Shown: positions 29,150 to 38,867, counted from the first letter of the stretch. The stretch: DNA of 64,000 nucleotides from an uncultured Oscillospiraceae bacterium (GCA_900540305.1 UQFL01000001.1:45144-109143); one strand, 5' to 3'. Numbers and translations: made by a program. Notes: generated by a model not told the origin, from the letters alone.

Positions 29150-29193
29150 ATGCTCACATCCTTTCAGAATAATGCGCCCTTAAAGGGCGCTGT

Positions 29194-30036
29194 TTAATCA
29201 GTGGTCTTGTAAAATTCTTTTTCTTCCTCATCATAAGGATTAACAGCAATGCGTTTTATTATTACATATAAAACGGCAATTACTAATATTCCGCCTGCAA
29301 CGGCGCCTGCTGAAATTATAAAAACAGGCTTTTGATAGAAAAGTTCGCCCTCAACGAAAGATTCGTAGTCAGAACTTTCCATTTCTTTTTGAACCTCTGC
29401 AACGGTTTTGTTTACTCTTTTGATTTTAAAAATATATTTCTTTGTGCTTGAATCGGAAGCTGTAACAGTAATGGGTATTTCTGTTTCCTGACCCTCGCGC
29501 AAGGTTATTGTAATCGGAGCGGCGTAAGCGTTAATGTCCTGAGTTACAGGCGTTATAACAAGCTCTGTAAGGTCGCTCGGTATATAAAGCTTATACGCAG
29601 TGTCGCCCGAATTAATACCTGGCTGAACTTCTCCGTATTCACAGTTTAAAGACTGAAGATTTGCGTTATTTGAAACAGAATAATTTTCTGCATTTGAATA
29701 GAGGAAAGTGTATATAATACTGCCGCTTGCAAAATTGAGCGTAATTACCATACCTGTTTGGTGGTTGGAATCGTCATAAGTGTAATTTACAAACATTTTG
29801 CAGTTTCCGTTTATTGAGTATTTTCCTAAAACTGCGCTTTCCTTGGGGTCGTCAAGAGTAAGGGTGAAAAATGTTTCTCCCTGTTTGAAACCGCCGTCTA
29901 TCTCTGCGTTTACGAAAGATACATCCTCAAGGTAAGGGGCGTTTTGAATAGGCGCTTCTGCCGCATATGCTGAAAACCCTGAAGCTGTAATAAGTATGCA
30001 CAAAATAATGCCGATTATTTTTTTCATATCATTCAC
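29194..30036 (-). CDS. Secreted, C-terminally membrane-anchored protein with two cadherin-like beta-sandwich-type domains; function unknown
   Basis: It has a signal peptide ending ...SAYA-AEA, two ~90 aa repeats with the L..L.v..G.l.P.F.....Y.l.V pattern, a C-terminal TM helix (VFIISAGAVAGGILVIAVLYVII) and a short charged tail. Confidence 0.5.
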   Translation of the reverse strand: MNDMKKIIGIILCILITASGFSAYAAEAPIQNAPYLEDVSFVNAEIDGGFKQGETFFTLTLDDPKESAVLGKYSINGNCKMFVNYTYDDSNHQTGMVITLNFASGSIIYTFLYSNAENYSVSNNANLQSLNCEYGEVQPGINSGDTAYKLYIPSDLTELVITPVTQDINAYAAPITITLREGQETEIPITVTASDSSTKKYIFKIKRVNKTVAEVQKEMESSDYESFVEGELFYQKPVFIISAGAVAGGILVIAVLYVIIKRIAVNPYDEEEKEFYKTTD

Positions 30037-31186
30037 GGCAGAGAATAAATGATTTAACTCCGCCTTCCTCCAAAATTCTTCTTATCTGCGTTGTGTCCGC
30101 GTCTGACTCAACTGTTATACAGTAAACTTTGTTGTTGTTCATATCTCCCGGCAAAAGTTCGGTAATGTTTACTTTAGGCTCAGTGGTTTCTTTCTCACTG
30201 CTTTCAGTATCTTCGCTGTCCGTTTCTCTCGAACTTTCGGTTGTTTCTTCTTCATCTTCCTGCTCGATACCCAGCATATCGTTGGTTAATTCAAAGTCAA
30301 CAGCTTCAAGCAGTTTTATGTCTGTGCCCAAATCGGAATAGAGCCTTTGTGCTAAATAGTCAAACCCGTCGTTATATTTGTCCGCGATGTTTTCAGGCAA
30401 ATCAGTGCCGTCAAGCACAAATACGGTAATTCCCATATCCATCGCTTCGGCAATAATATCTTTTATATATTTATATGCTATTTCAGAGTCGGGGTTGAGA
30501 TAGGCGTTTCCTTTTTTGTCCGTATATGGAACGGAGTTGCTGTTGAGAATCGCCGCAGAATGGTCTTTCTCGGGAGTAAGATTGTCAAGATAACAGTAAA
30601 CCCTTGCAACTGCAAGAATGTCCTGCTCGGCAAGCTTGGCAACGGAACCTCTCAAATCCGTTGCAGGGAACGCTACTGCGCCGTATGTGTCAACAGTTGC
30701 AATAGAACTTTTGTAGCCTATTGAGCCGTCGCTTCTCTTTATGTCAAACATAACGCTGTTGCAGCCGCTTGAAAGCAGGTCTGATGTAACGGAATCAAGC
30801 ATAACAGAGCCGTCAAGGGAAATGCTCTGTGTAAATTCGCCGTTTAAATCGAGCGCAACTTCGTTGAACAGACTTTCTGACTCGGGCTTAACATCTTCAT
30901 AGTTTACGGGCATGGCATTTCTGTCCATATAAACGCCCATAAATGTGTAGCCTACGGAAATAACAGCGTAACAAAGCACTGCAATTCCGATGCCTTTAAG
31001 TACCTTGCGCGCCTTTATCTTGTTGCGGCGCTTTTTCTTGGTTTTGGGGCGCATATAATCATATTTGTCCGAATATATGCCCTCGTCAGTTGCGTATTTA
31101 TCCGCAAATTCTACGGGGTATCCCTTTTCCTCTTCTGTCCATTTCTGGTTGCGCTTTATATTTTTATAAAAGCGCTTTTTCTTCAT
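30029..31186 (-). CDS. Single-pass membrane protein with a basic cytoplasmic N-terminus and a large extracytoplasmic domain; possibly glycoside-hydrolase-like (DUF4015-type), with an acidic S/T/E-rich C-terminal segment
   Basis: 385 aa. The cytoplasmic tail is K/R-rich (KKKRRNKIKARK), followed by a TM helix and a ~250 aa extracytoplasmic domain. The family assignment is tentative. It overlaps the downstream gene by 8 nt and lies 3 nt after rpe. Confidence 0.45.
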   Translation of the reverse strand: MKKKRFYKNIKRNQKWTEEEKGYPVEFADKYATDEGIYSDKYDYMRPKTKKKRRNKIKARKVLKGIGIAVLCYAVISVGYTFMGVYMDRNAMPVNYEDVKPESESLFNEVALDLNGEFTQSISLDGSVMLDSVTSDLLSSGCNSVMFDIKRSDGSIGYKSSIATVDTYGAVAFPATDLRGSVAKLAEQDILAVARVYCYLDNLTPEKDHSAAILNSNSVPYTDKKGNAYLNPDSEIAYKYIKDIIAEAMDMGITVFVLDGTDLPENIADKYNDGFDYLAQRLYSDLGTDIKLLEAVDFELTNDMLGIEQEDEEETTESSRETDSEDTESSEKETTEPKVNITELLPGDMNNNKVYCITVESDADTTQIRRILEEGGVKSFILCRE

Positions 31187-31189
31187 TTT

Positions 31190-31840
31190 TTATCCCACAC
31201 TTTTTGCGTTTTCTTTAAGCTGAATTATTGTTTCTTTCGGGTTTTCGCTTTTGAATACGGCGCTGCCCGCAACAAAAACATTTGCGCCTGCTTTTGAGCA
31301 GGTCTTTATTGTTTCGGGGTTTATGCCGCCGTCAACCTGAATGTCAATATGTGGAAAATCTTTGCGAAGCTTTTCAATTTTCGGCATCATATCTTCCATA
31401 AAGCTCTGACCGCCGAAGCCTGGTTCAACAGTCATTACAAGCACCATTGAAAGTCTGTCTATATACGGATAAACAGCTTCAATAGGTGTTGCGGGTTTTA
31501 CTGCAAGGCCTGCTTTACAGCCGCAGTGGATTATTTCGTTTACCGTTTCGTTTATATCGCTGTCGCACTCAACATGAAAGGTTATAATATCCGCTCCGGC
31601 GTCGGCAAAATCCTCAATGTATTTCAGCGGCTCTGAAATCATAAGGTGCACATCAAAATCAATGTCGCAAACGGCATTCATAGCTTTGATAACGGGCGCG
31701 CCTATCGTTATGTTGGGAACGAAATGGCCGTCCATTACATCAAGGTGAATTAAATCCGCGCTTTCACATTTTTTAAGCTCGCTTTCAATATTTGCAAAAT
31801 CGCAGGCGAGCATTGAGGGAGATATTTTAACCATAATCAA
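31190..31840 (-). CDS. rpe: Ribulose-phosphate 3-epimerase
   Basis: SPSMLACDF ... HLDVMDGHFVPNIT ... and the metal-binding His/Asp motifs of Rpe are present. Confidence 0.9.
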   Translation of the reverse strand: MIMVKISPSMLACDFANIESELKKCESADLIHLDVMDGHFVPNITIGAPVIKAMNAVCDIDFDVHLMISEPLKYIEDFADAGADIITFHVECDSDINETVNEIIHCGCKAGLAVKPATPIEAVYPYIDRLSMVLVMTVEPGFGGQSFMEDMMPKIEKLRKDFPHIDIQVDGGINPETIKTCSKAGANVFVAGSAVFKSENPKETIIQLKENAKSVG

Positions 31841-31997
31841 TCAACCTTCTGTCAAAAATTGAGCTTTTTCGCAAAGCTCTTACTAATAAATTATTATTAT
31901 AAGTATTATACAATCGGCAATGCTTAAAATCAACCTAATTTATAAATAATTAGTACTTGTTTTTATATAATAAGTGTAGTAAAATATAGCAGGTCAA

Positions 31998-32030
31998 AAT
32001 GGAAATTGCACGCTTTTTCAGCGGCTTATA
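31998..32030 (+). promoter_or_regulatory. Candidate 10-codon upstream ORF (MEIARFFSGL) in the 5' leader of the ABC-F gene
   Basis: The sequence ATG GAA ATT GCA CGC TTT TTC AGC GGC TTA TAA ends 19 nt before the ABC-F ATG. A weak RBS (AGGTCAAA) precedes it. Confidence 0.3.
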
Positions 32031-32049
32031 ATATTTTGGAGGATTAGCT

Positions 32050-33657
32050 ATGATTCAGGCAAATAATGTTACTGTTCAGTTCGGCGGCAGAGCGCTGTTT
32101 GAAAGAGTTAATGTTGTTTTTTCAGCAGGCAACTGCTACGGAATTATCGGCGCAAACGGCGCAGGCAAATCAACTTTTCTCAAGGTTTTGAGCGGCGAGC
32201 TTGAGCCTCAAAAGGGCGAGGTAGCTATTACCCCCGGCGAAAGGCTTTCTGTTCTTGAACAGGACCACTTTAAATATGACGAGTATGAGGTTGTCCGCAC
32301 CGTTCTTATGGGCAATCCCAGACTTATCGAGATAATGGAAGAAAAAGACGCTCTTTACGCAAAACCCGATTTTTCAGAAGAAGACGGCATTAGAGCAGGC
32401 GAACTTGAGGCTGAATTTGCAGACCTTGACGGCTGGAATGCTGAGAGCGACGCTGAATTTATGCTCAATAAACTCGGTGTTACTGACGAATATCACTATC
32501 TCAAAATGGCAGAGCTTCCCTCAGATTTAAAGGTTAAGGTGTTGCTCGCAAAAGCGCTTTTCGGCAATCCCGATATCCTTTTGCTCGACGAGCCTACAAA
32601 CCATCTTGATTTGTCTGCTATTCGCTGGCTCGAAAACTTCCTGCTCGATTTTGAAAACACAGTTATCGTTGTATCTCATGACAGACATTTCCTCAATAAA
32701 GTTTGTACTCATATCTGCGATGTTGATTTCGGTAAAATTCAGATGTACGCAGGAAACTATGATTTCTGGTACGAGTATACTCAGATGAGACAGCGTCAGA
32801 TGAGAGACCAAAACAAGAAAAACGAGCAGAAAATCAAGGAACTTCAGGATTTCATTCAGCGTTTCTCGGCAAACGCTTCAAAATCCAAGCAGGCTACAAG
32901 CCGTAAAAAACAGCTTGACGCTCTTGAAATGTTTGAAATGCCCGTTTCTTCACGCCGTTTTCCGTATGTTGATTTCAAACCCGACAGGGAATGCGGAAAC
33001 GACCTTCTTCGTGTAGACCATATCTCAAAAACAATTGGCGACAGAAAAGTGCTTGACGATGTTTCTTTTGTAATTCATCCCAGAGAAAAGGTTGCTTTTG
33101 TTGGCTCAGACGCTGTTGCTAAAACAACTCTTTTCAGAATCATTATGGGTGAGATGGAGCCTGATGAGGGCGAATTCAAATGGGGCGTTACCACTTCTCA
33201 AAGCTATTTCCCAAGCGACAACAGCAGTTATTTTGACGGCGTTGACCTCTCTCTCGTTGACTGGCTTCGTCAGTATACAACTCAGACGCTTGAGGCTGAT
33301 ATAAGAGGCTGGCTCGGCAGAATGCTTTTCAGCGGTGATGAGGCGCTCAAAAAAGCAACCGTTCTTTCAGGTGGCGAGAGAGTTAGATGTATGCTCTGCA
33401 AAATGATGCTCAGCGGCGCAAATGTGCTTGTGCTTGACGAGCCTACCAACCACCTTGACCTTGAATCTATCACGGCGCTTAACAACGGACTTATAAGATA
33501 CCCTGAAACAGTGCTTTTCACTTCTCACGACCATCAGTTTATTCAGACTATCGCAGACAGAATTATTGATATTTCAGATGGTTCAATCACAGACTTCAAG
33601 GGCACATATGATGATTTCCTTGAAAACTTTGATGAGGATAAGCTTAAAAAATATTAA
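32050..33657 (+). CDS. ABC-F family ATPase: two tandem ABC domains and no TM domain, as in ribosome-associated translation factors and ARE-type resistance proteins
   Basis: Two NBDs, each with Walker A (GANGAGKST; the second is degenerate GSDAVAKTT), an ABC signature (LSGGE) and Walker B (LLLDEPTNHLD / LVLDEPTNHLD). The inter-domain linker region is KKNEQKIKELQDFIQRFSANASKSKQATSRKKQLD. Length is 535 aa. Confidence 0.85.
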   Translation: MIQANNVTVQFGGRALFERVNVVFSAGNCYGIIGANGAGKSTFLKVLSGELEPQKGEVAITPGERLSVLEQDHFKYDEYEVVRTVLMGNPRLIEIMEEKDALYAKPDFSEEDGIRAGELEAEFADLDGWNAESDAEFMLNKLGVTDEYHYLKMAELPSDLKVKVLLAKALFGNPDILLLDEPTNHLDLSAIRWLENFLLDFENTVIVVSHDRHFLNKVCTHICDVDFGKIQMYAGNYDFWYEYTQMRQRQMRDQNKKNEQKIKELQDFIQRFSANASKSKQATSRKKQLDALEMFEMPVSSRRFPYVDFKPDRECGNDLLRVDHISKTIGDRKVLDDVSFVIHPREKVAFVGSDAVAKTTLFRIIMGEMEPDEGEFKWGVTTSQSYFPSDNSSYFDGVDLSLVDWLRQYTTQTLEADIRGWLGRMLFSGDEALKKATVLSGGERVRCMLCKMMLSGANVLVLDEPTNHLDLESITALNNGLIRYPETVLFTSHDHQFIQTIADRIIDISDGSITDFKGTYDDFLENFDEDKLKKY

Positions 33658-33671
33658 TCGTAAAATGATAA

Positions 33672-33705
33672 ACGCCCGAGGCTGTTATGCCTCGGGCATT
33701 TTTTA
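33672..33705. terminator. Bidirectional rho-independent terminator between the ABC-F gene (+) and the GH36 gene (-)
   Basis: Stem gcccgaggc / gcctcgggc is followed by a T-run. Confidence 0.85.
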
Positions 33706-33707
33706 TG

Positions 33708-35795
33708 TTATTTGATTTTTTTGAGCACAAATATTTCGGCTTCAAGCGGTTTTTCGTATTTTATGTCAAGACCCTTGCTCATAAAATATGCGCCGCTCTT
33801 TTCATATTCTCTGTACTCTGATTTTGCACGGTAAACGGCATTTTCGTCAAGACCTCTGAAACGAAGCGTAACAAATTTATCTGCAAAAAACGAATTTGCA
33901 CCCGTGCAGGCAAAATAAACAGCCTGCGATTTGTCTTTGTTTACATATCCGTTGAGATAAATTCCATCGTCCTCATAATTCATTATGCGGTAAAGGTTTC
34001 CGAATTGTACTGTATTTCTGATCTCTTTATACAGGGAAATGTATTTTTTGCAGATTTCAAGCTCTTTTTCGCTGTATTCGCCAAGATTTGAGCCTATTGA
34101 TAAGGAACCCTGCATTGAAACTGCCAAACGGAATTGCAGAGAAGTCGGGCGTGTGTTATCGTTTGTCTGTGTAACCCACGCGCGCATACATTTTATAGGG
34201 TAAATGAGGCTGTATCCTCTTTGAATATCAAGCCTGTCAACGGGGTCCGTGTTGTCTGACGGCCACACCATATCGTAATGTGAAAGAGCGCCTAAATCAG
34301 TTCTTCCGCCGCCGCTTGCGCACGCTTCAAACTGAACGGATGGGTGTTTTTTTCTAAGCCTGTCAAGTACTGCAAAAACGCCCTCGCTGTGGCGCACCCA
34401 AAGTTCTTTTTGGTTTTCAAGATTTTCAGCGCCTATTTCAGAAAAAGGTCTGTTCATATCCCATTTAATGTATTTTATGTTGTTCTCGCTCAGCATACTG
34501 TCCATAAAGCCGAAAACATATTCCTGAACCTCTGGCTTTGTCATGTTGAGCACAATCTGATTACGCAGCAGGTTCGGAGTTCTTGCGTCATAGTGGTATG
34601 CCCATTCGGGGTGTTCTTCATAAAGGCGTGATTTCGGGTTAACCATTTCAGGCTCAAACCAAAGCCCGAAATCCATTCCCAGAGCGTTTACACCCTCGAT
34701 TAGCGGAGTAAGACCCTCAGGGAATTTTTGTGTGTTTATGTCCCAGTCGCCGAGACCCGATTGGTCGTTGTTTCTGCTTGAAAACCAGCCGTCATCCATA
34801 ACGAAAAGTTCACAGCCGATTTCCGCCGCCTTTTTCGCAAGTTCAAGCTGATGCTTTTCGTTAACATCAAAGCCCGTAGCCTCCCAGCTGTTATATAAAA
34901 CGGGGAGTTCTTTGTCTGCAAAATTTTTAGGCAAAACATTTGAAACGGCAAATTCGTTCAGCATATTGCTCATATCCCCGAGACCGTCGGAAATTCCGCA
35001 ATATACGGATGGTGTAACAAATTCCTCTCCCGAATGAAGCGTGTGTGAAAAATCAAAGCTGTTTATTCCCAAAATTGCTCTTGTTCTGCCTGTGAAATCT
35101 CTCTCAGCCTCAACGCAGAAATTACCGCTGAAAGCTAAAACGGCAAAATAAATTTTTCCGTATTCTTCCTGAGGGTCGGTGCCTGCTATCAGTGCTGGCA
35201 TATGGTGATGCCCCGTTGTGCCTTTTCTGCTCTCAAAGCGAATCTCACCGCCTTTAAGCGATTGCTTTGTCATTCTGAATTCTGCGCCCCAAGAGCCGTT
35301 TGAGTTAATGATTGTGTAAGGCTTTGTCTCGGGCAGATTTATCTCTGCGCTTACGGCTTTTTCAAGCGTAATGCAGTTTTCGCCGAGGTTTTTGATAATC
35401 GTATATCTTTCAATAATATCGCTGTTTTCAAAAATTTTGTAAACAAGTGTAACGGCAAGCGGATAATGCTTGTCGCAAAGGGCTATTTCAAGTGTGTTGC
35501 CGTTGATTTTGTAATCCTGATATTTAAGCACAGTATCACGGCATCCGTCTGAAAATACGCATTTAAGAGCGCATTCACGGTACATTGTTGAGCCGAAAGG
35601 TATGTATTCCGTTTTTGCAAAATCAAGGGCAGGGTGGTTTGAGTTTTCCTCATGGTAATGCGGAATTTCAAAGTCTTCAATTCTGCATTTGTCACCCCAG
35701 TGAAGATGATATACACCTGTTTCGTCAGCGCTTATTGCATACTGAAGATTTTTTGTTTCCAAAATAAAAATGCTGTCTTTTTGCAAAATTCCCAT
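33708..35795 (-). CDS. Alpha-galactosidase, glycoside hydrolase family 36 (melibiase/raffinose-type)
   Basis: 695 aa with GH36 hallmarks, including ...LYNSWEATGFDVNE... and CELFVMDDGWF. Confidence 0.85.
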   Translation of the reverse strand: MGILQKDSIFILETKNLQYAISADETGVYHLHWGDKCRIEDFEIPHYHEENSNHPALDFAKTEYIPFGSTMYRECALKCVFSDGCRDTVLKYQDYKINGNTLEIALCDKHYPLAVTLVYKIFENSDIIERYTIIKNLGENCITLEKAVSAEINLPETKPYTIINSNGSWGAEFRMTKQSLKGGEIRFESRKGTTGHHHMPALIAGTDPQEEYGKIYFAVLAFSGNFCVEAERDFTGRTRAILGINSFDFSHTLHSGEEFVTPSVYCGISDGLGDMSNMLNEFAVSNVLPKNFADKELPVLYNSWEATGFDVNEKHQLELAKKAAEIGCELFVMDDGWFSSRNNDQSGLGDWDINTQKFPEGLTPLIEGVNALGMDFGLWFEPEMVNPKSRLYEEHPEWAYHYDARTPNLLRNQIVLNMTKPEVQEYVFGFMDSMLSENNIKYIKWDMNRPFSEIGAENLENQKELWVRHSEGVFAVLDRLRKKHPSVQFEACASGGGRTDLGALSHYDMVWPSDNTDPVDRLDIQRGYSLIYPIKCMRAWVTQTNDNTRPTSLQFRLAVSMQGSLSIGSNLGEYSEKELEICKKYISLYKEIRNTVQFGNLYRIMNYEDDGIYLNGYVNKDKSQAVYFACTGANSFFADKFVTLRFRGLDENAVYRAKSEYREYEKSGAYFMSKGLDIKYEKPLEAEIFVLKKIK

Positions 35796-35922
35796 GGCTG
35801 TTCACCTGCATATTTCAAAATTATTTTACGATGTAATAATATCAAATCTTTTAATAATTGACAAGATTTTATTATCTTGTTATACTTAATAATGTAATAT
35901 TGTCTATATTAGATAAACGGAT

Positions 35923-36279
35923 GTGATTGTTATGCAGAGAAATAAGGTTCAGATAAAAATTTGCGGAGCAACTTACTCAATTTTAACGGAGGACAGCCCC
36001 GAATATGTTGAGGAGCTCGGCGATTTTATAGATTCCGAAATGAAGAATATTTCAGCCTCAAATCCAAGCCTTTCATCAATTCAGTGCGCAGTGCTTGTTG
36101 CGCTTGACCAGGCTGATTCAAACAGAAAGGCAACGGCGTCTGCCGATAATCTTCGTGCACAGATAAAGGATTATCTTGAGGACAGCGCAAGAGCCCGTAT
36201 GGAGGTTGATGTTGCCCGCCGTGAAATCGAAAGACTCAACAGGGAAATATCAAATCTTCGTGAAAAGCTCAACGGTTGA
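35923..36279 (+). CDS. zapA: Cell division protein ZapA
   Basis: ~115 aa. It begins ...KVQIKICGATYSILTEDSPEYVEELGDFIDSEM... and ends in a coiled coil, matching ZapA topology. The start is either the GTG at 35923 or the ATG at 35932. Confidence 0.7.
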   Translation: MIVMQRNKVQIKICGATYSILTEDSPEYVEELGDFIDSEMKNISASNPSLSSIQCAVLVALDQADSNRKATASADNLRAQIKDYLEDSARARMEVDVARREIERLNREISNLREKLNG

Positions 36280-36300
36280 TATAAGGGTGTTTAATATAAT

Positions 36301-38304
36301 ATGAAATTTGAAATTTTGGCTCCTGCAGGCTCGCAGGAGGCACTGATTGCCGGCGTAAGATGCGGTGCAAATGCGGTTTATCTTGGTGGTAAGGCGCTTA
36401 ACGCACGCAGAAATGCCGGCAATTTTGATGAAAAAGAACTTGAAAATGCAATAAATTACTGCCACGCAAGGGAAGTTAAGGTCTATATGACTGTAAATAC
36501 TCTCTGCCGTGACGATGAAATTGAAACGGCTTACGAGCTTGTGGGAAATGCCGTTCGACTCGGCGTTGACGCCTTTATTGTTCAGGATTTGGGCGTTGCG
36601 CAGATGATAAGGCAGTGCTATCCGCAGGCAAGGCTTCACGCTTCAACACAGACAAGTGTTATGACTGTCTCGGGCGTAAAAGAATTGGCTGACGCAGGCT
36701 TTAAAAGGGTAGTGCTTCCCCGTGAAATGAGTGCATCTGAAACAGAAGAAATCAGACGGGGTACAGATACTGAAATTGAAATCTTTGTTCACGGTGCGCT
36801 TTGTATGAGCGTTTCGGGGCAGTGTTTTTTATCCGCAATGCTTGGCGGCAGAAGCGGAAACAGGGGGCTTTGCGCACAGCCGTGCAGGCTTAATTTTTCG
36901 GCGGATAAAACTCCCGCCTGCGATTTAAGCCTTAAAGACCTCAGCCTTATAGAGCATCTTAAAGAAATAGAAACCCTCGGCGTGACAAGTCTGAAGATAG
37001 AGGGCAGAATGAAACGCCCTGAGTATGTTGCGGCGGCGGTTACTGCTGTTAAAAGAGCAATCAACGGCTCTATAAATGAAAAGGACGAAACTGCGCTTAA
37101 AAGCGTTTTCAGCCGCAGCGGGTTTACTGACGGATATTTTACGGCGAAAACAGGCGCCGCTATGTTCGGCACTCGTAAAAAGGAAGATGTTGTAGCCGCT
37201 GAAAAGGTGCTGAAAGAGCTTTCACATCTTTATGATAACGAAAATCCGCTTGTGCCGATGAATATTGATTTCACCTGTAAAACAGGCGCTCCCTGCCGTC
37301 TTGAGGCTTCTGCGCTCGGTAAAACAGTTACAGTAACGGGGGATATTCCCGAAACAGCGATAAATAAACCTATGACTGTGGATTCGCTCACGCAGAGACT
37401 TTCAAAACTCGGCGGAACTCAGTTTTATGCGGATAAAATAAATGTTGAAACAGACGAGGGCCTTATAGTCCCTGCGTCGTCTATAAATGCTATGCGCCGT
37501 GAGGCTGTTGAAAAACTTTCACAGACCGAAAAACGGGAACTTATCAAAAATCCTTTGCCCGTATTTTCAGGCAGGGGCAAAAACGCTGTGCCTTATTATA
37601 CTGCAAGATTTGAAAATCCTGAGGCAATACCCGACAGGCATCCGTTTGAACGAGTTTTTATTCCAATATGGTCATCAATAGAGGATTTTGTTGATAACCG
37701 TGCAGGGGTAGAGATTCCGAGGGGAATGTTCGGATCAGAAAAGCGCATTGCCAAGGAGCTTGAACGGCTAAAAAAAGCAGGCGTTACAAATGCGCTCTGC
37801 CCAAATATCGGAGCGGTGCGCCTTGCCCGTGATATGGGATTTGAGGTGTACGGCGATTTCGGTCTTAATGTGTTTAACAGCATTCACGCTCAGCAGTATA
37901 AATCAACCGTTTTGTCTTTTGAGCTTACTTTGGAGCAGGCAAACGCAATAAACGCACCGTCAACGGGTATAATCGTTTATGGCAGACTGCCTCTTATGCT
38001 AACAAGAAACTGCCCTGTTAAAAGCCGTGTCGACTGTGAGCGATGCGGAGCAAAAGGCACTCTGACTGACAGAAAAGGCATTCGCTTTCCTGTTAAATGC
38101 TCTCCGTATCCCTGCGTTGAGGTGCGCAATTCCGTTCCTCTTTATATGGGAGACAGAATGAAAGAGGTAAAAACTGATTTTGCGCAGTTCTATTTTACGG
38201 ACGAATCAAAAGAGCAGGTTGAAAAAATCATATCCCTTTATCAAAAAGGCGCAAAAGCCGATTTTGATTACACAAGGGGTCTTTATTACAGAGGTGTACT
38301 TTAA
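36301..38304 (+). CDS. Peptidase U32 family protein (collagenase-like/PrtC-type) with a C-terminal extension
   Basis: N-terminal ...FEILAPAGSQEALIAGVRCGANAVYLGG ... and E.FVHGALC motifs of the U32 family. Length is 667 aa. Confidence 0.8.
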   Translation: MKFEILAPAGSQEALIAGVRCGANAVYLGGKALNARRNAGNFDEKELENAINYCHAREVKVYMTVNTLCRDDEIETAYELVGNAVRLGVDAFIVQDLGVAQMIRQCYPQARLHASTQTSVMTVSGVKELADAGFKRVVLPREMSASETEEIRRGTDTEIEIFVHGALCMSVSGQCFLSAMLGGRSGNRGLCAQPCRLNFSADKTPACDLSLKDLSLIEHLKEIETLGVTSLKIEGRMKRPEYVAAAVTAVKRAINGSINEKDETALKSVFSRSGFTDGYFTAKTGAAMFGTRKKEDVVAAEKVLKELSHLYDNENPLVPMNIDFTCKTGAPCRLEASALGKTVTVTGDIPETAINKPMTVDSLTQRLSKLGGTQFYADKINVETDEGLIVPASSINAMRREAVEKLSQTEKRELIKNPLPVFSGRGKNAVPYYTARFENPEAIPDRHPFERVFIPIWSSIEDFVDNRAGVEIPRGMFGSEKRIAKELERLKKAGVTNALCPNIGAVRLARDMGFEVYGDFGLNVFNSIHAQQYKSTVLSFELTLEQANAINAPSTGIIVYGRLPLMLTRNCPVKSRVDCERCGAKGTLTDRKGIRFPVKCSPYPCVEVRNSVPLYMGDRMKEVKTDFAQFYFTDESKEQVEKIISLYQKGAKADFDYTRGLYYRGVL

Positions 38305-38867
38305 TGATAGATAAAAAAATTATCCTCGCCTCAAAATCACCAAGGCGCAGAGAGCTTATGTCGCTCATTACTGCAAATTTTGAGGTGTGCTCGGCTGATG
38401 TCGACGAAACTCTTGAAAATGGGATAACTCCCGAAAATGCGGTTTTGTATCTGTCTGAAATAAAGGCAAATCCGTTTTCAAATCTTGCGTGTGATGATAC
38501 TGTTGTTATAGGCGCTGATACGGTTGTTGCCGTAGACGGAAAAATTTTAGGCAAGCCAAAGGATAACGCAGACGCTTTTAAGATGCTTAAAAGCCTAAGC
38601 GGAAAAGAGCACAGCGTTTTTACGGGCGTTACGATTTTGAGCGGCAATATCAAAAAATCATTTTATGAGGAAACAAAAGTCTGCTTTTATCCTCTTTCAG
38701 ATGATGAGATAAACGAGTATATTTCAACGGGTGAATGTTCCGACAAAGCGGGAGCATATGGAATACAGGGAAAAGGCTCGCTTCTTGTAAAGTGCATTAA
38801 AGGCGATTATTTCAATGTAGTAGGACTTCCCGTTTCAAGGCTTTACAGGCAGCTGAAAACCCTCTGA
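38304..38867 (+). CDS. maf: Maf-like nucleoside triphosphate pyrophosphatase (septum formation protein Maf)
   Basis: ILASKSPRRRELM ... GADTVV motif. Length is 187 aa. It overlaps the U32 gene stop by 1 nt (TAATG). Confidence 0.85.
   Translation: MIDKKIILASKSPRRRELMSLITANFEVCSADVDETLENGITPENAVLYLSEIKANPFSNLACDDTVVIGADTVVAVDGKILGKPKDNADAFKMLKSLSGKEHSVFTGVTILSGNIKKSFYEETKVCFYPLSDDEINEYISTGECSDKAGAYGIQGKGSLLVKCIKGDYFNVVGLPVSRLYRQLKTL

Noticed and set aside
29150-29193. M-box Mg2+ riboswitch upstream of mgtE
   Set aside because: Only 44 nt are available. The M-box aptamer needs about 160 nt, and none of its conserved elements are present.
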